This document shows positions 1-9,732 of a stretch of DNA of 64,000 nucleotides, piece after piece (position 1 is the first letter of the stretch; each line of letters opens with the position of its first letter). Location: positions 15,253 through 79,252 of IMG/VR virus record IMGVR_UViG_3300033463_000080. One strand, given 5' to 3'. The stretch is from a virus (Duplodnaviria; Caudoviricetes). The notes beneath the pieces were generated by a model, which ran no database searches, was not told the origin of the DNA, and was given only the letters and a program-made list of their open reading frames with translations. A program made the translations under genes and the position numbers.

Positions 1-12
1 CTTCCACAGCGA

Positions 13-513
13 TTGAACTCATCAGGCTATTACCGTGTTGATCTTCAGGACGGAAATAAAAAACGTTCCGTATTTGTTCATCGGATTGTTGCAAAAGCAT
101 TTATAGTGAGGAAACCTGGACGGGATTATATCAACCATAAAGATGGAAATAAACTCAACAATCATGTTGACAATCTTGAATGGTGTACCAGGTCAGAAAA
201 CATAGTCCATGCATATAAAAATGGATTGATGCATGAATTTCATCCAAGTGGAGAAAAACACACAAACAGTAAGCTGACAGATAAAGAAGCAATTGAAATT
301 TATCGTCTGCACTGTGCTGGGGAAAGTGGCATTCAGATTGGCAAAAGATTTAATGTTGGTAAAAATGTTGTGTATTTTATTATTCATGGAAAAAGAAAAT
401 TAAGCAATGGAATGACAGTTAAGCAATACATTGAAACAAACAAACCCGATCCGGAACAAGGTGCGCTGAGTTATTCGGATGTAAGTGTTGGCTGGGACAA
501 TATTAATGAGTGA
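13..513 (+). CDS. HNH homing endonuclease (5' end probably lies before the window)
   Basis: VHRIVAKAF...INHKDGNKLNNHVDNLEWCT HNH motif; reading frame is open to base 1. Confidence 0.85.
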   Translation: MNSSGYYRVDLQDGNKKRSVFVHRIVAKAFIVRKPGRDYINHKDGNKLNNHVDNLEWCTRSENIVHAYKNGLMHEFHPSGEKHTNSKLTDKEAIEIYRLHCAGESGIQIGKRFNVGKNVVYFIIHGKRKLSNGMTVKQYIETNKPDPEQGALSYSDVSVGWDNINE

Positions 514-522
514 GGTGAGACA

Positions 523-999
523 ATGGATATCGTTCAGGATGCAAAAGGCATACGGCTAAAATATGAAAAGGATGTATATGCGCCTGCATGTAATGGGATG
601 AAAGTTGTGCTGGAAAACAAAGAAACGCGGATTATAGGAACAGCTTTCAGAACGGAAGCAACATGTACTATGAATGGAATCGGAGAAATGTCCGTTGATT
701 TTTATGTGGACAAAGTGGAAGACCTGACGAAGAGAGACATTTGTCCGAAAAACCGAAACTTCTTTCAGGAATATTGTGAATACCGATATAAAATTGGTAC
801 GCAGAATGCGCTACAAGCGAAGCATGTGATCTTCAACCCGCCGGCCACGGTTGTGCTGTGGGAAGACGGTACGAAGACCGTTGTGAAGTGCGATCCGAAA
901 GACCCGTTCGACGAGATGAAAGGACTTGCGCTGTGCTACATGAAGAAGGCCCTGGGCAATACCAGCCGGGAACTGAATAAAGCGTTGAGGAACAGATGA
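523..999 (+). CDS. Hypothetical phage protein
   Basis: GAGGTG RBS; C-terminal VIFNPPATVVLWEDGTKTVVKC...FDEMKGLALC motif familiar from phage hypotheticals. Confidence 0.7.
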   Translation: MDIVQDAKGIRLKYEKDVYAPACNGMKVVLENKETRIIGTAFRTEATCTMNGIGEMSVDFYVDKVEDLTKRDICPKNRNFFQEYCEYRYKIGTQNALQAKHVIFNPPATVVLWEDGTKTVVKCDPKDPFDEMKGLALCYMKKALGNTSRELNKALRNR

Positions 1000-1000
1000 T

Positions 1001-1441
1001 ATGAGTAGAAGAGGATACTTTGGTATCGGGATATTCCACGGGAAAAATGAGCAGAACATAGGTACGCTGTGGCGGAGTGCCAACATATTCGGCGCGGACT
1101 TTATATTCACTATCGGGCGGCGGTATGCCAAGCAGAGTTCGGACACCATGAAAACGCCCAGACATATTCCGCTGTTCAACTTTGCGGACTGGGACGATTT
1201 TATGGCGCATATACCGTATGACTGCCCGGTGATTGCGGTGGAACTGGATGACGACAGCGTTCCGATCAAGCATTTTGTTCATCCGCAACGCTGCATTTAC
1301 CTGCTCGGTGCGGAGGACAGCGGCATCCCAAAAAGCGTGCTGAATCATTGCCAGGATATTATTCAGCTTCCCGGGGATGTGTGCATGAACGTGTCTGTGG
1401 CCGGCAGCATTGTGATGTATGACAGAGTGAATAAGGAGTGA
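1001..1441 (+). CDS. SpoU/TrmH-family RNA 2'-O-methyltransferase
   Basis: NIGTLWRSA (motif 1), LLGAEDSGI (motif 2), IQLPG..CMNVSVAGSIVMY (motif 3) SPOUT signatures. Confidence 0.85.
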   Translation: MSRRGYFGIGIFHGKNEQNIGTLWRSANIFGADFIFTIGRRYAKQSSDTMKTPRHIPLFNFADWDDFMAHIPYDCPVIAVELDDDSVPIKHFVHPQRCIYLLGAEDSGIPKSVLNHCQDIIQLPGDVCMNVSVAGSIVMYDRVNKE

Positions 1442-1448
1442 CAGGACA

Positions 1449-1652
1449 ATGAATGATCTGAAAATTCTGCCTACCGGAGGAATGGGATACGATATTGTAC
1501 TGAATGGGTCCAGTCTGCAAGGCGTTACGGAACTGCACATTGATATGAAAGTGAACGAGATTCCGCACGTTCATATGACATTTTTGGCCGGAGTGCTGGA
1601 TATTGAACTGCCTGAAACAAACGTGGAGGTATGCAGCGATGGTTCAGATTGA
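1449..1652 (+). CDS. Hypothetical protein
   Basis: RBS, translationally coupled within operon. Confidence 0.6.
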   Translation: MNDLKILPTGGMGYDIVLNGSSLQGVTELHIDMKVNEIPHVHMTFLAGVLDIELPETNVEVCSDGSD

Positions 1653-1836
1653 TATGAATATGCCGAAAAACTGCTCCGGATGTCCGTTTGCAGAAGCCGA
1701 TCTGATCGCTGGAGTGATTACATTAAGATGCGTATTACTGAACGGAAAGCGGATGTATGCGCCGGGACTGATTGACAGGAAAGACCGTCCGGACTGGTGT
1801 CCGCTGATTGAGGTGAAAGAAAATGCCGCCACATGA
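1639..1836 (+). CDS. Small Cys-rich protein (paralog of 19670..19987)
   Basis: IDMNMPKNCSGCPF...RPDWCPL matches IDMEMPLECHECPF...RPEWCPL at 19670. Confidence 0.65.
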   Translation: MVQIDMNMPKNCSGCPFAEADLIAGVITLRCVLLNGKRMYAPGLIDRKDRPDWCPLIEVKENAAT

Positions 1837-2173
1837 AACGGACTGTTCCGGAACGGTAATGTACATCCGGGATGACAGCGGAAGGTATGTCCGGCTGGAC
1901 CAGCTTTCGGAACTGCGGGAAGCGGATGGCGATATGTATGACGGCACCGTGCTGCACCGGTTTTCCGAATCGGCAATGCTGACCGCGACGCTGACGCACA
2001 GGTCCGCCAGGCGGATCCGGAAGATGGTGATGAAGGCAAAGAACCGGCGGTACCGGGATCGGAGAAGGTATTTCCGGATGAAAGAAAAACACAGAAGAAT
2101 ACTGTTGAAAGCATCAGGCAAACCGCAGACGGTATTCTGGAAAGGAAATGCAAATGAAGATTATCGAACCTGA
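1823..2173 (+). CDS. Hypothetical basic protein
   Basis: Overlapping operon ORF. Confidence 0.5.
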   Translation: MPPHETDCSGTVMYIRDDSGRYVRLDQLSELREADGDMYDGTVLHRFSESAMLTATLTHRSARRIRKMVMKAKNRRYRDRRRYFRMKEKHRRILLKASGKPQTVFWKGNANEDYRT

Positions 2174-2810
2174 GTTCCATGTGTATGAAGATCTGACGGA
2201 TCCAGCCGTTGTGGAAGGTATCCTGAAAAAGATTGAGGTTGTCGGGCGGAGTTGCTATGTCAGCGAGTCCGGCATATGTCCCGGATCTGCATCCGGATTC
2301 GTCCGCCGCTTGATCGAAAGAGGACATGAAGCAATGCTGGAACATGCCAGCCTTACTGTCAAGTTTATCGTGGATCGTGGCGTGAGTCATGAAATTGTCC
2401 GGCACCGGATGGCATCGTTCGCGCAGGAAAGCACTCGGTACTGCAATTATACGCAGGATAAATTTGGTAACGAGATCACCGTAATCCATCCGTTCTATCT
2501 GAAACCAGGCACGGATGAATGGCTTGAATGGTTCGACAGCTGCAACAAGGCGGAACTTGCATACATCAATATGCTGCATAACGGATGCACCCCGCAGGAA
2601 GCCAGGGCCGTCCTTCCGAACAGCCTGAAAACAACGCTGTGGGTGACGGCGAACCTTCGGGAGTGGCGGCACATCATGAACCTTAGGGCGGCCGGCATAA
2701 CAGGGAAACCGCATCCGCAGATGGCTGAGATCATGGTGCCGTTGCTGAAGTATTTCAGGGAATATCTGCCGGAAGTATTCGATGATATTGAGGTGCCAAG
2801 TAATGATTGA
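2148..2810 (+). CDS. thyX: Flavin-dependent thymidylate synthase
   Basis: GHEAMLEH; SHEIVRHRMASFAQESTRY (RHRxxSxxxxSxR motif); QEARAVLPNSLKT. Confidence 0.95.
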   Translation: MQMKIIEPEFHVYEDLTDPAVVEGILKKIEVVGRSCYVSESGICPGSASGFVRRLIERGHEAMLEHASLTVKFIVDRGVSHEIVRHRMASFAQESTRYCNYTQDKFGNEITVIHPFYLKPGTDEWLEWFDSCNKAELAYINMLHNGCTPQEARAVLPNSLKTTLWVTANLREWRHIMNLRAAGITGKPHPQMAEIMVPLLKYFREYLPEVFDDIEVPSND

Positions 2811-3465
2811 GATTACATCATTAAGCGATGACAGGAGAACATATATCATGGAACAATGCGATACATGCGAGAATAACGGCAAGGGTGCCGATTGTTGTAA
2901 GATTACTGCAAAAGGAAAGTGTAACTACATGCCAAATAGAAGGGCAGATAAGGATGGATATACCATGATGGATTCAAACGACTACGGCGTACTCCTCAGC
3001 ATCCACCCGGAGTGGGTGGAAAAGATTTTCAGTGGCCGGAAAACGTACGAGGTGCGCAAGAACAAACCAAAGATGGAACCGCCGTTCACGGTATACGTTT
3101 ACTGCACACTAAGTGGGAAAGAACTGTGGAAGGGCGGGATCCACGGGAATGATAAACTCAACGGGAAAATCTGCGCCGAGTTTACATGCGATAGGATCGA
3201 CAAGATCGTTGTTCGGCGTGGGATGGGCATGGTGTTGCGACGGGGAGATGAATATATCAGGTTTGGAAAAGACAATGGGATGTGCCTGACAAAACCGGAA
3301 CTGTATGAATATATTGGAAGTGGACACGGTTACGCATGGCACATATCTGACCTGATCGTGTACGACAAGCCGCTGGCGTTGGCTGACTTCACATTTGCTG
3401 GATGCGTTAATCACCTGAGGTACGCTCCGCAGGGGATTGTATATGTCAATAAAATAAATCGTTGA
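2803..3465 (+). CDS. ASCH/PUA-domain protein
   Basis: LLSIHPEWVEKIFSGRKTYEVRK ASCH GxKxxExR motif. Confidence 0.8.
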   Translation: MIEITSLSDDRRTYIMEQCDTCENNGKGADCCKITAKGKCNYMPNRRADKDGYTMMDSNDYGVLLSIHPEWVEKIFSGRKTYEVRKNKPKMEPPFTVYVYCTLSGKELWKGGIHGNDKLNGKICAEFTCDRIDKIVVRRGMGMVLRRGDEYIRFGKDNGMCLTKPELYEYIGSGHGYAWHISDLIVYDKPLALADFTFAGCVNHLRYAPQGIVYVNKINR

Positions 3466-3479
3466 AGGGAGAAACGACC

Positions 3480-3728
3480 ATGGCAAAGTATCGTAAAAGA
3501 CCCGTAGAGGTGGAAGCAGTACAGTGGACGGGCAACAATATTCGTGAAATCGAGTCTTTCTGTTCCGGCCCGCTGACGTTTAATCACGAGACGAAGAGCA
3601 TTATCATCCATACCCTGGAAGGGAACATGACCGCATCTGACGGCGATTTCATTATTCGTGGCGTGCATGGCGAGTACTACCCGTGCAAACCGGATATATT
3701 TGAAAAAACCTACGAGCCTGTTTTTTGA
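3480..3728 (+). CDS. Conserved phage hypothetical protein
   Basis: KYRKRPVEVEAVQW...TLEGNMTASDGDFIIRGVHGEYYPCKPDIFEKTY, a widespread phage family. Confidence 0.8.
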   Translation: MAKYRKRPVEVEAVQWTGNNIREIESFCSGPLTFNHETKSIIIHTLEGNMTASDGDFIIRGVHGEYYPCKPDIFEKTYEPVF

Positions 3729-3730
3729 TG

Positions 3731-3759
3731 TTGAATGATACGACGAAACGTGGTACTAT
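3731..3759 (+). promoter_or_regulatory. Sigma-A-type promoter
   Basis: TTGAAT-17 bp-TACTAT with upstream TG. Confidence 0.6.
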
Positions 3760-3801
3760 TAATGCAAATACGATTAGACCTTGATTAAGGGGAGGATGTC
3801 C

Positions 3802-4071
3802 ATGAAAAGTCTGCAAATCTCAAAAAAATTATTTGTTGAAACAAGCGGATTGCATGATTCACGAAATAAAAAGAGCGAAGTAGACGAAGCAATAAGCAGT
3901 TGGTTTGATGCAAACGGATATATTTTTTACCATCGTTCATTCACGCTGATTGACGAACTGTACAAAAGCGGAAGATTTTGGATGTGGAGCGCAGAGTCCT
4001 ATCCGAAACGGTTGCTTGATCATATTGATGACTGGATCGAAACTGACCTGATTACTTTTGATTACAAGTAA
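3802..4071 (+). CDS. AT-rich hypothetical protein with its own promoter (moron-like)
   Basis: GGAGG RBS at 3791; lower GC than neighbours. Confidence 0.55.
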   Translation: MKSLQISKKLFVETSGLHDSRNKKSEVDEAISSWFDANGYIFYHRSFTLIDELYKSGRFWMWSAESYPKRLLDHIDDWIETDLITFDYK

Positions 4072-4102
4072 TAAATCAATTCAGGAAGGAGGTGATTCGC
4101 TG

Positions 4103-6028
4103 ATGGATGAAAACCAAAGTACTGAATTGATTATACCTGAATGGACGCTTCAACAGTTTGAGGATACCGATGAACCGTGGCAATGGCTCGTCCAGAAAAA
4201 GAAGGAAAACCCACGGAGATTCAAACAGATACTGAATAAAGTTAAACGCATTGCAGAAAAAGTTAAGTACAAAACATTCCTGTCCACATGGAGAGACTGG
4301 GACAAGTATGACGAAAGCGGCAACAGGGTAGATAATGCCACGAATGTTCTTTCCTTTAACGGACAGGATACAAAACTCCGTTGCGGAGAATATCTGTGCG
4401 ATATATACGGTGGAATCTACCGCCAGTCAGAAGTATACGGACGGGTCGATGTATGCGCTCATCCGATCATTCCGGTTAAGCGCGTTGTCAGCGTGGACAA
4501 CGGCAAGGCAAAAATGGAACTGGCATTCTGCCGTGGCAAGGATGGATGGCGGTCAATGATCGTACCGAAAACGGTTGTTGCCAGTTCGCAGAGGATTATT
4601 GAACTCGCTGATCAGAACATAGCGGTTACATCTGAAAATGCAAGGGAACTCGTTAAGTATCTGTCTACAATTGAGAGTTTGAACTACGATGATCTTCCAA
4701 CACAGTTGTCAACATCGCATCTCGGCTGGCTTCCGAACGGTGAGTTCGCACCATATGCCGAAGATGTGGTTTACGATGGCAACAGTGAGGAATATCAGAG
4801 AATATTTAATAACTTTGTTTCATTCGGAAGCGAAGATAAATGGATGGAGATCGCCAAGGCTGTACGTTCGGAAGGAAGCCTGGCCGCCAGGATCGCACTG
4901 GCAACCAGTTTTGCCGCTCCGCTCGTCAAGTTCTGCGGTGACCTTCCTTTTATTATTCATTTGTGGGGTGATACCGGATGCGGTAAGACGGTCGCATTGA
5001 TCCTCGCCGCCAGCGTATGGTGCAAACCGGATCGCGGCAGCGGATACATCAAAACGCTCGGCGATACAAAAAACGCCCAGGAGATATTCGCTGCGTTCTG
5101 CCAGAACACGCCAGTATTCTTTGACGAACTTCAGCTGGTAGCCGAGTACAAAACATACGATGACATGATCTACAAGCTGTGCCAGGGAACAAGTAAGGGA
5201 CGCGCCACACGCGATGGAAGTCTTCGGCGGCAGAATATGTGGAGCAACTGTTTTCTGACCACAGGCGAAACTCCCATACTGCAATCGTCATCCGGTGGCG
5301 GTGCGTACAACCGATGCATTGAACTTAAGTACGGCGGTGAGCAGTTGTTCAAAAACCCTGAGTATGCTTCGTATGTGGCAGAAACCGTGAAGGAGAACTA
5401 TGGGTTTGCAGGACGGAAGTTTATTGAAGCTGTCCGTAAACCGAACATGATCGAAGCAATCAAGGCGAACTTTGAGAAGTACAAAAACCAGTTGCTGTCC
5501 GACCAGACCAAGGAACCAAAGCAGGCGATGGCCGCCGCTACCATCCTGATCGCTGACAAGATCGCCGAGGCAGTACTGTTCCATGACGGAAAGTGCATTA
5601 CAGTTGAAGAGATTAAAAACTTTTTAGTCAACTCATCAGAGATCGACGCAAACCAGCGGTGCTATCAGTACCTTATGAACTGGATTACGGAAAATCAGCA
5701 GCACTTTGAGGATGATGCGGAGGACCGTGGCGGTATCTGGGGCAAGTTTGAAGGAGACTACGTATGCATCAGTAAGAACAAGTTTGACGAAGCATTGCTT
5801 TCCGGCGGATTCAGATCCAGGGCATTCCTTGAATGGTGCAGGCAGAAAAACATGAGCATGTGTGAGTATCACGGACCGAACAGCAGTAACAATCGCCTTA
5901 CCATCAGGACAACGCTTGGGCATGGCGTTGTAACTTGTGCAAAGATCCGTTTGCCAGGGGCAAAGACAGCAGAACAGGATGAGTATCAAGGGTATGTTGC
6001 AGTATCAGATCCGGATATGCCGTTCTGA
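4103..6028 (+). CDS. DUF927-family replication helicase/ATPase
   Basis: Walker A GDTGCGKT, Walker B FFDEL, FLTTGE; AAGGAGGTG RBS. Confidence 0.85.
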   Translation: MDENQSTELIIPEWTLQQFEDTDEPWQWLVQKKKENPRRFKQILNKVKRIAEKVKYKTFLSTWRDWDKYDESGNRVDNATNVLSFNGQDTKLRCGEYLCDIYGGIYRQSEVYGRVDVCAHPIIPVKRVVSVDNGKAKMELAFCRGKDGWRSMIVPKTVVASSQRIIELADQNIAVTSENARELVKYLSTIESLNYDDLPTQLSTSHLGWLPNGEFAPYAEDVVYDGNSEEYQRIFNNFVSFGSEDKWMEIAKAVRSEGSLAARIALATSFAAPLVKFCGDLPFIIHLWGDTGCGKTVALILAASVWCKPDRGSGYIKTLGDTKNAQEIFAAFCQNTPVFFDELQLVAEYKTYDDMIYKLCQGTSKGRATRDGSLRRQNMWSNCFLTTGETPILQSSSGGGAYNRCIELKYGGEQLFKNPEYASYVAETVKENYGFAGRKFIEAVRKPNMIEAIKANFEKYKNQLLSDQTKEPKQAMAAATILIADKIAEAVLFHDGKCITVEEIKNFLVNSSEIDANQRCYQYLMNWITENQQHFEDDAEDRGGIWGKFEGDYVCISKNKFDEALLSGGFRSRAFLEWCRQKNMSMCEYHGPNSSNNRLTIRTTLGHGVVTCAKIRLPGAKTAEQDEYQGYVAVSDPDMPF

Positions 6029-6031
6029 GTT

Positions 6032-6372
6032 ATGTACGGAAACGTACAGCCGTTGTACGTTTTGGGGAAATGAATTTTCAAAACGTACAGTAAACTCAGT
6101 GGCTGGAAGCATTGATTTATAAGGGGTTGAGAGTTTTGTTGTACGTTTGTACGTTTTGTACGTTCAAAATATTAAAGACTATAAGGGATATTTTTTATCA
6201 TGTATGTTGTGGATTAATAAAAAAATCCTCGCGCGTAGAGTGAAAACAGAACGTACAAAACGTACAAAACGTACAAAATGTAGGAAAATCAAGGCTTAGA
6301 CCATGTACGTTTATGTAAAAACGGAAACCCAAAACGTACAGTAACAAAAACAAAACGTACAAAAACGTACAG
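6032..6372. repeat. Iteron cluster, probable replication origin
   Basis: About 14 copies of ACGTACA/TGTACGT in both orientations, including tandem runs at 6140-6165 and 6250-6278, around an AT-rich core directly after the helicase. Confidence 0.75.
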
Positions 6373-6388
6373 AAAGAGGTGAATTTTA

Positions 6389-7030
6389 GTGAAAACACTC
6401 ATTGCGATCCCATGCATGGACACCGTGCCAGTCGGATTTGCACAGTCATTGCTCTGGCTGGAGAAGGGCGAGAACGTATCCGTACTGTTCAAGCCTAACA
6501 GCCTGGTATATGACTCACGTAACCTGATCAGCCTGACGGCAATCGAACAGGGGTTTGACCGGGTGATGTGGTTTGACTCTGACATGATGTTCACGCCGAA
6601 GACTATGAAGATCCTGCAGAACGACATGGATTTGCTGAAGTGTGACATGATTACCGGACTGTACTTCAAGCGAAACGGAGAACACCTGCCTGTGATATAC
6701 GATCAGCTGGAAATGCCCACGACAGATGAGAACGGTGTCCCGGTAAAACGGATACACGAGTATGTGAACTATCCGGAAGACCAGCGGTTTCCGATACGCG
6801 GATGCGGATTCGGATGTGTACTCACCACGACACAACTGCTGAAGGAAGTATGGGATACCTACGGGCCGGCATTTGCTCCATTCCCCTGGGCAGGTGAAGA
6901 CATCGCATTCTGCTACCGGGTAAATCAGCTGGAGCGTGACATCTGGTGCGACAGCCGGGTGAGTTGCGGACATATCGGAACGTTCGTATACACAGAGGAC
7001 AATGTAAAGCGAGGTGAACGGAATGGGTAA
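6389..7030 (+). CDS. GT-A fold glycosyltransferase (GT2-like)
   Basis: LIAIP start, SRN, WFDSDM (DxD), GCGFGCVL, GEDIAFC, CGHIG; paralog of 26889..27539. Confidence 0.8.
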   Translation: MKTLIAIPCMDTVPVGFAQSLLWLEKGENVSVLFKPNSLVYDSRNLISLTAIEQGFDRVMWFDSDMMFTPKTMKILQNDMDLLKCDMITGLYFKRNGEHLPVIYDQLEMPTTDENGVPVKRIHEYVNYPEDQRFPIRGCGFGCVLTTTQLLKEVWDTYGPAFAPFPWAGEDIAFCYRVNQLERDIWCDSRVSCGHIGTFVYTEDNVKRGERNG

Positions 7031-7226
7031 TGGAATCGGTACGCCTACGCCAACGGTGACATTGATTCGCCGTCTGCGCCTGATGGCGGACTCCGGCGGA
7101 ATGCTCTCACGGGACAGGCTGCGTACCATTATTGAAGCGGCAGACAGGCTGGAAGACCTGGACGAGCGTGTGGCAATCATGGCGGAAGGCAACAACACAT
7201 CCCTGACTCCCGAGATGTTCCCATAA
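7014..7226 (+). CDS. Hypothetical protein
   Basis: Coupled ORF. Confidence 0.5.
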   Translation: MNGMGNGIGTPTPTVTLIRRLRLMADSGGMLSRDRLRTIIEAADRLEDLDERVAIMAEGNNTSLTPEMFP

Positions 7227-7233
7227 GGAGGTG

Positions 7234-7593
7234 ATGCCAGTGGTAAGAACGATTGAATGGTGGCGCGGAACGGCAACGCATATGTGGCGTACATACTTTG
7301 CCCTTCAGCGCGACGGGTTTAACTGGGAGAAACTCTCCCTTCCGGATCAGCGTATCTACGCTGTCTGTCACCATGTGTTCCTCAGCAAGTTTATCAAGAC
7401 AGACCAGGATATTCTCCAGTACTACTTCACATCACGCTGGGGCGACGACATCTATGCCGTGGAAGACTATTCCCTGAAGCATGGTATCCCAATCAAGGTC
7501 ATCTGGATGGTGATCCGACGTGCAAACCGCGCTGTGATGGAAGAAGTCGGGTTCCTGGAACGAAAGGAGGATGATGATAATGAATCGGTATGA
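7234..7593 (+). CDS. Hypothetical protein (possible late regulator)
   Basis: AAGGAGGTG RBS; helical C-terminus. Confidence 0.5.
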   Translation: MPVVRTIEWWRGTATHMWRTYFALQRDGFNWEKLSLPDQRIYAVCHHVFLSKFIKTDQDILQYYFTSRWGDDIYAVEDYSLKHGIPIKVIWMVIRRANRAVMEEVGFLERKEDDDNESV

Positions 7594-8917
7594 TGTAATC
7601 AATCACTTCGCAACCATTCGCGGGTACAAGTCATTCCTGGAGATCGGTACGCTGAACGGCGAAACATTCCGCGCAGTAAAATGCCCGCATAAAGTCTCCG
7701 TGGATCCTGTGCCACGCACAAACCCTACCTACTGCATGACATCCGATGAGTTCTTTAAAACGAACAAAGAAACTTTCGATATCGTGTTCATTGACGGCCT
7801 TCACGAGTGTAACCAGGTGTGGCGCGACATCACTAACGCCCTGAAATCACTCAACCCTGGCGGAGTCATCGTCATGCACGATTGCCACCCCACATCGGAA
7901 CGGATGCAGGAACATCACACAGAGTCCCAGTACGGGTACGACTGGACCGGCGATGTCTGGAAAGCATTCGTCAAGGCACGCGCTGAACTCCCATATGAAC
8001 TGTACGTCCTCGACCATGACATGGGATGCGGTATTATTGATACCACTAAACCAAAGACTACCGACACTTCATCTTACCCGACAGACATGGATCACCTGAA
8101 CTACGGTCACTTCCTCGCTCATCCGGACTGGTTTAACTTCCGCCGTACATTCCTTCCGGAACGGATCGCAGTCTACTGCGCCACACGCAATCTCTACCAC
8201 CAGATGGCAACCGTTTCTAAATCTCTCATCGCAAACAACGGAGCAGATCGCGTCATCTTCATCACAGAGGACGATGAGTTCCCTGAAAAACTTCCGCCCT
8301 GTATCTCTACGCTAAACCTCTCCGGTCAAACATTTTTCCCACCGTCCGGACCAAACTATAAGTCCGCATGGACATGGATGGTCATGATCCGCGTCGCATT
8401 CACCAAGCTTTTCCCATACCTCGACCGTGTACTGTCCCTTGACTGCGATATGATCGTCAATCATCCGCTCGATGAGATCTGGAATACCCAATTCGGTAAC
8501 GCTTACTTCGCACTCGTCCGTGAACCGGACTGGTTCTGGAAAACTGCACCGTTTGAATACCATAAGGTTCCGTACTTCAATTTCGGTTTGTCTTTCCAGA
8601 ACCTCAACAAACTACGCAAGGATAAGATGGATGACTGGATCATCTATGCCTTAAACAACCGCAAGACGCGCTTCCCTGAACAGGATATCGTTAACCAGCT
8701 ATGCAACGGACAAATCAAAGAACTCCCTGAACACCTCAATACCATGCTTCAGTTCCACAAGGACATCAATCCGACTGAACCAACGATCCTTCACTACGCA
8801 GCGATGCAATGGAAAATGCTCCAGTCAGACGAGTATAAGAAGTACGAGAAGATGTCATGGGATGAAGCGCTGAAACGGCGCGATACTATCCAGAACGGAG
8901 GCGAGAATAATGGATGA
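7580..8917 (+). CDS. Class I SAM methyltransferase fused to GT8-family glycosyltransferase
   Basis: N-terminal FLEIG, FDIVFIDGLH, PGGVIVMHD; C-terminal SLDCDMIV (DxD), YFNFG, FPEQDIVN, ILHYA. Confidence 0.8.
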   Translation: MNRYDVINHFATIRGYKSFLEIGTLNGETFRAVKCPHKVSVDPVPRTNPTYCMTSDEFFKTNKETFDIVFIDGLHECNQVWRDITNALKSLNPGGVIVMHDCHPTSERMQEHHTESQYGYDWTGDVWKAFVKARAELPYELYVLDHDMGCGIIDTTKPKTTDTSSYPTDMDHLNYGHFLAHPDWFNFRRTFLPERIAVYCATRNLYHQMATVSKSLIANNGADRVIFITEDDEFPEKLPPCISTLNLSGQTFFPPSGPNYKSAWTWMVMIRVAFTKLFPYLDRVLSLDCDMIVNHPLDEIWNTQFGNAYFALVREPDWFWKTAPFEYHKVPYFNFGLSFQNLNKLRKDKMDDWIIYALNNRKTRFPEQDIVNQLCNGQIKELPEHLNTMLQFHKDINPTEPTILHYAAMQWKMLQSDEYKKYEKMSWDEALKRRDTIQNGGENNG

Positions 8918-9482
8918 TAAGACCGGAACGGATCTGACAGAGGAACAGGTTACTCAGGTCGTGAAGAAAAAGAAAAACCGTGGCTCGGATTGGATGAAGG
9001 AACTGTCCGCTGACGGCGGCAATTTTGAACCGGGCGAAAATGCACGGTATATCCGGAATGCACTAGCATCATGGGATCTTCCGCCGATTGATATCTCCGA
9101 TCCGGAACAGGTGAAGGAACGACTTGCAGCTTACTTCAGACATTGCGCGGAAAACGACAGAAGACCTCAGATTGTAAGCATGTGTAACTGGCTGGGAATA
9201 CATCGGGATACGCTGAATCAGTGGAAAAATGGGGATGTGCGGGCCGGTACACATACCGACATCATTAAAAAAGCTTACGAATTAATGGAGGAAATGTGGA
9301 CGGATTACATGACGAACGGAAAGATCTCGCCACCGACCGCTATATTTTTGGCGAAGAACTGGTACGGCTACAAGGATGTGGCAGATGTTGTTGTCACGCC
9401 GAACAACCCGATGCAGGGACTCGATGCGGAATCAGCGCGGAAACGGCTGGTCGATAGCATACCGGATGACGATGACGAGTAA
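8910..9482 (+). CDS. terS: Terminase small subunit
   Basis: HTH-like MCNWLGIHRDTLNQW and AIFLAKNWYGYKD motif typical of P22 gp3-like small terminases. Confidence 0.75.
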   Translation: MDDKTGTDLTEEQVTQVVKKKKNRGSDWMKELSADGGNFEPGENARYIRNALASWDLPPIDISDPEQVKERLAAYFRHCAENDRRPQIVSMCNWLGIHRDTLNQWKNGDVRAGTHTDIIKKAYELMEEMWTDYMTNGKISPPTAIFLAKNWYGYKDVADVVVTPNNPMQGLDAESARKRLVDSIPDDDDE

Positions 9483-9489
9483 CTGAACG

Positions 9490-9524
9490 AACAGGGACGG
9501 AGCGGATTCCGTTCCTGTTTTTTA
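9490..9524 (+). terminator. Intrinsic terminator after terS
   Basis: AACAGGGACGGA-GCGGAT-TCCGTTCCTGTT followed by a T run. Confidence 0.75.
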
Positions 9525-9732
9525 GCAAGAGCAATGTGTCACGTAATAGGACTAGGATTATATGATAAATGTACATTATGTACACTCATATCTATATTTA
9601 TATATCCCCAACGTAGCAGGTTGCTTTTGCTATCCGGAGAGAATCAGCGTTCGGAGTGTGCAGCTGACGGCGATCCGGAATGGATGACCTCGGATCGTGG
9701 CAACAGAATTGCGGAACGGAACGACTGCGAAG

